This document shows positions 57,462-64,000 of a stretch of 64,000 nucleotides of DNA, piece by piece. Origin of the DNA: Gammaproteobacteria bacterium (GTDB taxonomy: Bacteria > Pseudomonadota > Gammaproteobacteria > UBA4575); NCBI GenBank assembly GCA_965243395.1, contig CBDEUS010000001.1, forward strand, positions 1,184,001 to 1,248,000. The letters run 5' to 3'. A program made the position numbers and the translations under genes. Each line of letters starts with the position of its first letter. The stretch's first letter is position 1. The notes beneath the pieces are model-generated. The model worked only from the letters and a program-made list of their open reading frames with translations. It was not told where the DNA came from and did no database searches.

Positions 57462-59363
57462 CTATCTAATTGCCGCTAAGAATGTATCAAATAGCCTATT
57501 TGCAGTAGAAATTACTTGTGCTGCCGCTTGATATGCCTGCTGATATCTCAGCAAATCAACCGCTTCTTCATCTAAATTAACACCTGATACATTATCACGC
57601 GCCTGCACCGCGTCTTCGTATAATGCTTGCTGAGTTTGGCTACTGATACTGGTTTGACGACTCACTGTACCAACTTGACTCACCAAAGAACCATAGCCTT
57701 CTTGTAAAGTTGCCGTGCCACCAACTGTCTGAGAAGTTTGTAATCCAAGCAACGCTACTACATTAGAGTTATCTCCTACACCTCCAGAATTACGTTCAAT
57801 CGTAAATACATCACCTGCTTCGGGTTGATTCTGAACTTGTACGCGAATGCCATTAAAATCAATGTTTGCATTATTAGTATAAGTAACTCCTGCAGCAATT
57901 ACGCTGGCATCTGTTACGTTAAAAATATCGAAAGTAGTTGGAGGGGTATTAAATCGAATTTCTACAGTGTCAAATATATCTGGATTATTGATATCCAAAA
58001 TTTGTGGGTTACCTACCACGCCATCTCCCAAATTCGCTGCACTTTCAAGGCTACGCACGGGTGATGCCGCCGCGATTTGACTGGTATTGTTAAGCAACAC
58101 ACCAATGCCCGACGCACCATTAATTGTAGGCTGCACTAAAAAGCGATCGCCCGCAGCAGCTGCACCAACAATATCAACTTGAATTCCATCTATATTTAAT
58201 GGACCCGCTGCACCACTAACATTAACTCCATCACTTAATCTGGTTAATGTGTAATTCGCACCATCATAACTTAACTCGTAATCCGAACTGCTCAGCTGAG
58301 TAACATCAGTAATGCTCGTCGTTACAGTAGCAGCTCCAGTGTTATTCTGGTTTGCTGTCGTTTCAGGACCAGCGATAGAAAAATACTGTGTGCCTAGTGC
58401 ACCATTAGTATCTAATCCTGACTGATGTTGTGCATTAAATTGATCTGCTAATACTAATGCTAAACGTCCAGTTTGATTGCGGATTTCACTTAGTTGCTCA
58501 GATCTAAAATCTAACAATCCGCTTACACTGCCACCCGTAATTTTATCTGTGATATCAAATGAACTTGAACCTACTTCAATACCCACTCTTAATTGGCCCG
58601 GATTTGCAGGATCATTTGTAGTCAGTAAATTTCTTGATAAGCTTCCGATTACAATGGATTCACCACCACCGATGAAAACATTAACCGAACCATCACTAAG
58701 CTCTACTGTATTCACCGCAACACGCTCAGATAAACGACCTAGCAATACATTTCTTTGATCTACTAAATCATTAGGCAAACTCTCACCGGAGGATGAGGCC
58801 GCTTTAGCCTCAACAATTGACCTATTTAAATCAGCAATTCCACTCGTAATGCTATTGATGTCATTTATATCGCCCCTTAATCGCGTATTAATTTCTTGAT
58901 TAATACTATTGTAGCTATCATCCAAATCTCTAAAACGTGCTACCAAGGTCTCCGAATTACTTAACACAACTTGTCTAGCTGGTATGGATGCAGGATTATT
59001 ACTGAGATCTTGTAAGCTATTAAAAAAGTTCTGTAATGCAGTATCTAAACCACTTTGAGATCCTGATACCAAGTTTTCTACACGTTGTATAAGACTTAAA
59101 TAGGAATCTAATCGAGCAACATCGCCTGCACTTGACTGTACACGTGCATTAAGAAACTGATCTTCAATGCGTTGAACCCCTGAAACTCTGGAGCCACTAC
59201 CAAAAAACCCATCACCAAAGGTTTGTGATGGTCGTGTAACAATATCTACGCGTTGACGCGTATACCCCTCAGTACCTGCATTGGCGACATTATTTGCAGT
59301 AGTTGCAATCGCACGCTGAAATACCTGCAATCCTGTTATCGCTACTCTTGACGGGTCAGTCAC
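57462..59363 (-). CDS. flgK: Hook-associated protein 1
   Basis: NNVANAGTEGYTRQRV, NDLVDQR, SGVNLDEEA..YQQAYQAAAQ. Confidence 0.97.
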   Translation of the reverse strand: MTDPSRVAITGLQVFQRAIATTANNVANAGTEGYTRQRVDIVTRPSQTFGDGFFGSGSRVSGVQRIEDQFLNARVQSSAGDVARLDSYLSLIQRVENLVSGSQSGLDTALQNFFNSLQDLSNNPASIPARQVVLSNSETLVARFRDLDDSYNSINQEINTRLRGDINDINSITSGIADLNRSIVEAKAASSSGESLPNDLVDQRNVLLGRLSERVAVNTVELSDGSVNVFIGGGESIVIGSLSRNLLTTNDPANPGQLRVGIEVGSSSFDITDKITGGSVSGLLDFRSEQLSEIRNQTGRLALVLADQFNAQHQSGLDTNGALGTQYFSIAGPETTANQNNTGAATVTTSITDVTQLSSSDYELSYDGANYTLTRLSDGVNVSGAAGPLNIDGIQVDIVGAAAAGDRFLVQPTINGASGIGVLLNNTSQIAAASPVRSLESAANLGDGVVGNPQILDINNPDIFDTVEIRFNTPPTTFDIFNVTDASVIAAGVTYTNNANIDFNGIRVQVQNQPEAGDVFTIERNSGGVGDNSNVVALLGLQTSQTVGGTATLQEGYGSLVSQVGTVSRQTSISSQTQQALYEDAVQARDNVSGVNLDEEAVDLLRYQQAYQAAAQVISTANRLFDTFLAAIR

Positions 59364-59380
59364 GTTACCATCCCTTAACT

Positions 59381-60433
59381 TTAATGAGAGTTCCTAGTTT
59401 CGACATTCGAAACCAGTTTTTCTGCTGTTTCTGTTTCATGCAATGAATAAATAGCATTCTTCAATATGCTTCCATTCAATATAGAATTTACCTTTTTTGC
59501 ATAATTTGGGTCTGTTGCGTAACCTGCTTTTTGCAATTCCGCAACAAAAGCTTTGCTATCACTACTATGACTAACTGCATCTTCATAGCGTGGATTTGTT
59601 AACAAAAAATCAACAAAATCATTAAAAGAATCTGCTGGAGATTGATAAGCTCTAAAATTATCTTTAATCATAATCATTTTTTCGCCATCAAATTCTTGGG
59701 TCATATTTGTTACTGTCTGACCTTGCCAATTTTTTGCCTTAATCCCAAAATAATTAAAAGATTCTTGGCCAGAATTTGCTTTGGGCGTATGTGCACCCCA
59801 GCCTGTTTCTAAAGCCGCTATAGCTACTAATACATCGGCAGATGTGTTCAATTTTGAAGCCGCTTGTTTTGCATATGGATAAACCTGTTGAACAAACTGT
59901 TGCGGTGTAGAAATATCGGATGAATGTGAAACTTTAGTGTTTTCTGATATTTTTTTAGTAACTAGTTGTTTTAACTTGGTTTTGACTGGATCAATGCCAT
60001 TCGTTGCAGTTGCTCCTAAGGAAGCCACTACCGTCGCATCAGCAGAATCGTTGGACCTGCCTATAGCAGCAAAAGAACTACGCTTGAAAAGTGCATCGCT
60101 ACCCAAACTAGTACTTGGTATCGGTGATTTGTTATTACCTGGAAATTGTTTTCGTAGTAATTTTGCTACCGCAAAAGTTTCCTTTGAAGCCAGATTTCCA
60201 GCAAGTTGCTGATCATGCCAGTCCTGGTAAAAGTTAGATTTATCGCTATCTAACAAACCTGTTGACAACGATGCGCTACGCATACTTTTCAGCATGGACT
60301 GAATAAAAAACGCTTCAAACTTTTGTACCGCATCCACTAAAGATGAGGATTTTGTTAGTCCAGTCAAAGTATTCAATTGATTGGGTTGCAATAAACTACC
60401 GAAAGTTTTAGCTACATTTACGTGCGATTCCAT
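59381..60433 (-). CDS. flgJ: Rod cap / peptidoglycan hydrolase
   Basis: FEAFFIQSMLKSMR, AALETGWG, NYFGIKA, AGYATDPNYA. Confidence 0.95.
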   Translation of the reverse strand: MESHVNVAKTFGSLLQPNQLNTLTGLTKSSSLVDAVQKFEAFFIQSMLKSMRSASLSTGLLDSDKSNFYQDWHDQQLAGNLASKETFAVAKLLRKQFPGNNKSPIPSTSLGSDALFKRSSFAAIGRSNDSADATVVASLGATATNGIDPVKTKLKQLVTKKISENTKVSHSSDISTPQQFVQQVYPYAKQAASKLNTSADVLVAIAALETGWGAHTPKANSGQESFNYFGIKAKNWQGQTVTNMTQEFDGEKMIMIKDNFRAYQSPADSFNDFVDFLLTNPRYEDAVSHSSDSKAFVAELQKAGYATDPNYAKKVNSILNGSILKNAIYSLHETETAEKLVSNVETRNSH

Positions 60434-60449
60434 TGCACCGATCTTTTAT

Positions 60450-61562
60450 TTAGATAATGACAAGCTCTGCACGCAAAGCACCTGCTTGTTTCAGAGCTTC
60501 CAAGATTGCAACCAAATCTCCTGGAGCTGCACCCACTTGATTTACCGCATTAACTATTTCATTAAGTGTTATACCAGGCGCAAACACAAACATTCGATTT
60601 GATTGCTGTTCTACTTCAATATTTGTTCGATCCACAACAACTGTTTCGCCTAATGAAAGCTCATTAGGCTGACTGACTATTGGATCTGAAGTGATCGTAA
60701 CCGCGAGACTACCATGAGTTACCGCAGCTGGTGTAACACTAACGTTGGAACCTATTACTACTGTACCCGTTCTGGAGTTGACGATAACTTTTGCTGGTGC
60801 TTCACCAGGTGTTAATTCAATATTCTCAATATCTGCAACAAATGCCACTTTTGATACTTGATCAAAAGGCGCATTAACTTTTACCGTTACTGCATCAATT
60901 GCTTGTGCAAGATTTTGCTTGAAGTGTTTGTTAATTTGGTTTTGTACTCGTCGAGCAGTTGTAAAATCTGCTGCATGTAAGTTCAAGTACAGCTCATCAC
61001 TCGAAACGAATGGAGATGGAACTGCACGTTCTACTGTTGCACCGTTTGGTATTCGCCCCGCGCTTGGAATATTGATACTAATACTTGAACCATCGCTTCC
61101 TTGTACTCCTAAGCCCCCTACTACAAGATTACCCTGTGCAATGGCATACACTTGGCCATCGATACCGCGCAAAGGAGTAATTAATAAACTTCCTCCACGT
61201 AAACTCTTAGCATTACCGAGTGAGGAAACCGTTATATCAATAGTTTGTCCGGGTTTAGCAAAAGGCGATAAATCTGCATGCACCGTAACAGCAGCCACAT
61301 TTTTTAGCTGCGGATTAACATCAGGCGGAATAGTTACACCGTATTGCTTTAAAAAACTTTTTAAGCTTTGAATAGTAAACGGAGTTTGTGAGGTTTGATC
61401 ACCCGTACCATCTAATCCAACAACTAATCCATAACCTAATAATTGATTACTCCGCACACCTGCAAAAGACGAAATGTCTTTAATTCTTTCGGCATGAACA
61501 TTACCTGAAATTATTAGCACAGCTATAGCAGTGCATAAAACTATTGTTTTTTTAATTTTCAT
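60450..61562 (-). CDS. flgI: P-ring protein
   Basis: [36 protein letters not shown]; start moved to MKIKK. Confidence 0.97.
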   Translation of the reverse strand: MKIKKTIVLCTAIAVLIISGNVHAERIKDISSFAGVRSNQLLGYGLVVGLDGTGDQTSQTPFTIQSLKSFLKQYGVTIPPDVNPQLKNVAAVTVHADLSPFAKPGQTIDITVSSLGNAKSLRGGSLLITPLRGIDGQVYAIAQGNLVVGGLGVQGSDGSSISINIPSAGRIPNGATVERAVPSPFVSSDELYLNLHAADFTTARRVQNQINKHFKQNLAQAIDAVTVKVNAPFDQVSKVAFVADIENIELTPGEAPAKVIVNSRTGTVVIGSNVSVTPAAVTHGSLAVTITSDPIVSQPNELSLGETVVVDRTNIEVEQQSNRMFVFAPGITLNEIVNAVNQVGAAPGDLVAILEALKQAGALRAELVII

Positions 61563-61567
61563 AATGA

Positions 61568-62230
61568 TTAATATGGCCAAATCGCGCTGTAGAAAAATCT
61601 AGTTAGCCATCCTGCTTTACTACTGTCACTCACAATGCCTTTTCCTTTATAAGTTATTTGTGCATTAGCTACTTGGTTTGAAAGTACAGTGTTATCTGTT
61701 GTTACATCTGTTGGACGAACAATCCCGGAAACTCTGACGATTTCACTACCTTCATTAAGCTCAATTAATTTTTCCCCCATTACTAATAAATTACCATTTG
61801 GATAAACTTTATGAACCATCACGGTAATATTGCCTTCAATACTATTTTCTTGAGTAGTTTCACCTTCACCTTCAAACTCTCGAGTTGAATCAATATCATT
61901 TACTATTTCATTTAAACGATTATCTCTACCAAATAATGTTGGATTTGGAAGATCAATCGAAGAGTCTTTGTCTGCTTCTGTACTTGCAGATTTAGATGCA
62001 TTAATACTTTCTTCTAAAACAATTGTAATCAAATCACCTACTCTTCTTGCTTTTACATCTTCAAACAAAAATAAGTTATATGAGGGATCATAGATAGCAC
62101 CATCTACAGTCTCTTTTGCCTCAGGTATCACAGCTTCACTAGGCGCATAATCGGGATCTTTAAGACTACCCACACTAGAACATGCCGTGGCAAACAAGCA
62201 AAAAATAAGGATTGTAAAATTACATTTCAT
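61568..62230 (-). CDS. flgH: L-ring lipoprotein
   Basis: Lipobox [34 protein letters not shown]. Confidence 0.97.
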   Translation of the reverse strand: MKCNFTILIFCLFATACSSVGSLKDPDYAPSEAVIPEAKETVDGAIYDPSYNLFLFEDVKARRVGDLITIVLEESINASKSASTEADKDSSIDLPNPTLFGRDNRLNEIVNDIDSTREFEGEGETTQENSIEGNITVMVHKVYPNGNLLVMGEKLIELNEGSEIVRVSGIVRPTDVTTDNTVLSNQVANAQITYKGKGIVSDSSKAGWLTRFFYSAIWPY

Positions 62231-62237
62231 AATTTAA

Positions 62238-63023
62238 TTAAAGCGTGTTATTTGCGAATTCAAGCATGCTGCTAATCGTTTCAATTGCACGTGAATTTAC
62301 TTCATACACACGCTGTGTTTCGATCATGTTAATCAAATCTTCAACGATATTTACATTTGAGGTTTCTAAAGAACCTTGTTCCAAAGTCCCTAACCCGTTT
62401 TGCCCGGGTGTACTCACTTGTGGTGTTCCTGATGCGGCAGTTTCAAATAACAAGTTACCACCACGCGCTTGTAAGCCAGTTGGGTTTACAAAATCAACTA
62501 ATTGTATGTTACCAACCTGTGTAGGCGTGGCGCTCCCACTCGTTTGAGCAGATACGGTTCCATCTGCACCAATAGTAATATTAATTACATTCGGCGGAAT
62601 CGTTATGGATGGCTGTAAAACATAACCACTTGAATTAACAATTTGTCCAGTAGAGTCTAGAGTAAATGTACCATCGCGCGTGTAGCCAATTGTTCCATCG
62701 GGTTGTAAAATTTGGAAAAACCCATTACCTTGAATAGCAAGATCTAAAGCACCTTCTGTTCTTGTAAGATTACCTTGTGTAAATAACTTTTCTGTCGCCA
62801 CCAAACGAACACCCGTGCCAACTTGTAATCCAGTTGGAAATTGAGTGTCTTGCGAAGATTGTGCACCTGGTTGACGAACTGTTTGATAGATTAGATCTTC
62901 AAATACAGCGCGATCACGTTTAAAACCAGTGGTGTTTGCATTCGCTAGATTGTTTGCGATAACAGCAATACGAGTTTGTTGTGTATCCAAACCTGTTTTT
63001 GCATTCCAAAGTGCTGTAGACAT
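62238..63023 (-). CDS. flgG: Distal rod protein
   Basis: ANNLANANTTGFK, FEDLIYQ, LETSNVNIVE, QRVYEVNSR. Confidence 0.97.
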   Translation of the reverse strand: MSTALWNAKTGLDTQQTRIAVIANNLANANTTGFKRDRAVFEDLIYQTVRQPGAQSSQDTQFPTGLQVGTGVRLVATEKLFTQGNLTRTEGALDLAIQGNGFFQILQPDGTIGYTRDGTFTLDSTGQIVNSSGYVLQPSITIPPNVINITIGADGTVSAQTSGSATPTQVGNIQLVDFVNPTGLQARGGNLLFETAASGTPQVSTPGQNGLGTLEQGSLETSNVNIVEDLINMIETQRVYEVNSRAIETISSMLEFANNTL

Positions 63024-63047
63024 ACTAATTCCTTGCTATCTTATATC

Positions 63048-63788
63048 TTAGTTAATTCTTAATAATTGTGATGTTGCTGAATCATTTTCTTCAATTGATC
63101 GCATCATCTTAATGTGCATTTCAAAGTTACGCGTTAATTCAATCATGTCTAATAACTCTGCTACCGTATTGACATTACTAGATTCCAAAATACCAGAAGT
63201 AACAGTAACCGATGCATCCGCCTCAATAGATGCATCGGGAACCGCCCTTAACAAACCATCTTCACCTTTGTAAAGATCTTCTGGTTTTGCGTTTACTAAT
63301 TTAATGCGGTCAATGGTTGCAAGTGTTGTCGCTTCCTGACCTACAGGTAATATCGAAATGGTTCCATCTGCTGCAATTTCGAGTTTTTCAAAAGGTGGTA
63401 AAGCGATGGGCCCATCATTACCTAATACTGGGTGACCTGCCCCAGTTTCTAACAATCCTGTAGAAGTGGTATGTAAATCTCCCGCTCGTGTATAGGCTGT
63501 GTTCCCATCAGGTGCTTGAATTTCAATAAAACCGTTCCCGCTTACAGCAATGTCAAGCTCTCTACCGGTTTGTTGCAGTGCACCACTTGAAAAATCTACG
63601 CCGCTGTGTTCGTCCTGACTATAAATACGACTTTCATATCCTGGACCTTGTACAGGCAAACTATTTATCGCATTAAAGTCAGCACGAAAACCAGTAGTGC
63701 TTGCATTGGCAAGATTATTTGTATTTGTGGCTTGATGCAGTTGTACTTGTTTTGCACCATTCATTGCCACATACAATGCGCGATCCAT
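63048..63788 (-). CDS. flgF: Proximal rod protein
   Basis: MDRALYVAM, NNLANASTTGFRAD, YTRAG, LESSNVN. Confidence 0.97.
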   Translation of the reverse strand: MDRALYVAMNGAKQVQLHQATNTNNLANASTTGFRADFNAINSLPVQGPGYESRIYSQDEHSGVDFSSGALQQTGRELDIAVSGNGFIEIQAPDGNTAYTRAGDLHTTSTGLLETGAGHPVLGNDGPIALPPFEKLEIAADGTISILPVGQEATTLATIDRIKLVNAKPEDLYKGEDGLLRAVPDASIEADASVTVTSGILESSNVNTVAELLDMIELTRNFEMHIKMMRSIEENDSATSQLLRIN

Positions 63789-63810
63789 TTTGATAATTCC
63801 TTAAATTTTA

Positions 63811-64000
63811 TTAACGAATATTAATAATGGTTTGCGTAATGGTATCTGCTGTACCAATTACCTGTGCGTTCGCCTGAAAGTTACGTTGAGTTTGAATCAG
63901 GTTGATCAACTCACCTGTAACATCCACATTTGATTCTTCTAGTGAACCAGATTGAATCAATCCTAAATCTGCAGAGCCAGGCGCACCAATTAACGGTTGA
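63811..64000 (-). CDS. flgE: Hook protein, 3' end (truncated by the window edge)
   Basis: Hand translation ends ..IQSGSLEESNVDVTGELINLIQTQRNFQANAQVIGTADTITQTIINIR*. Confidence 0.93.
   Translation of the reverse strand, partial: QPLIGAPGSADLGLIQSGSLEESNVDVTGELINLIQTQRNFQANAQVIGTADTITQTIINIR

Noticed and set aside
1060-63824. Many short ORFs in the track that are antisense to or nested in long genes (e.g. 1060-1452, 6635-6931, 38994-39326, 60919-61371)
   Set aside because: They overlap well-supported genes and lack recognisable motifs; treated as shadow ORFs.

Overview
AT-rich gammaproteobacterial chromosome segment with four blocks. (1) 1-9.8 kb is an amide-utilisation island: amiC-amiR-amiE followed by a CbbQ/NorQ-type AAA+ ATPase and the start of a probable CbbO/NorD partner, divergent from a Tat-exported UrtABCDE-like ABC transporter. 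(2) 9.8-18.8 kb holds accessory genes: a nitrilase, an SSS-symporter/small-protein/TPR operon, an amidohydrolase, and a LysR-SDR-tautomerase unit. (3) 18.8-30.2 kb carries pdsSR/pdsO without an adjacent sortase, then c-di-GMP genes (HDOD, HDOD-GGDEF, PAS-GGDEF-EAL), a K+ channel and small proteins, several with clear sigma28 promoters. (4) 30.2-64 kb is a polar FleQ-type flagellar cluster from flgE (partial) to fliA, with sigma54 and sigma28 promoters and FleQ boxes. Two observations stand out. (a) There are three dual-hexaloop/terminator leaders, one before amiE and two in tandem before the transporter. All six loops have A instead of the canonical ANTAR G at position 4, and the neighbouring AmiR has substitutions at normally conserved ANTAR residues, which suggests a re-coded antitermination pair. 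(b) The flagellar locus lacks the usual che/stator block between fliA and DUF2802. Its FliM has a degenerate CheY-binding peptide preceded by a WDGEERRSKDR motif that resembles c-di-GMP-binding peptides. Its FleQ lacks the N-terminal domain and most c-di-GMP motifs, and a sigma28-driven K+ channel/DGC-PDE operon sits next door. Together these suggest c-di-GMP acting directly at the motor switch. All assignments come from reading motifs by eye; no database searches were run. No tRNA, rRNA, CRISPR array or mobile element was seen.
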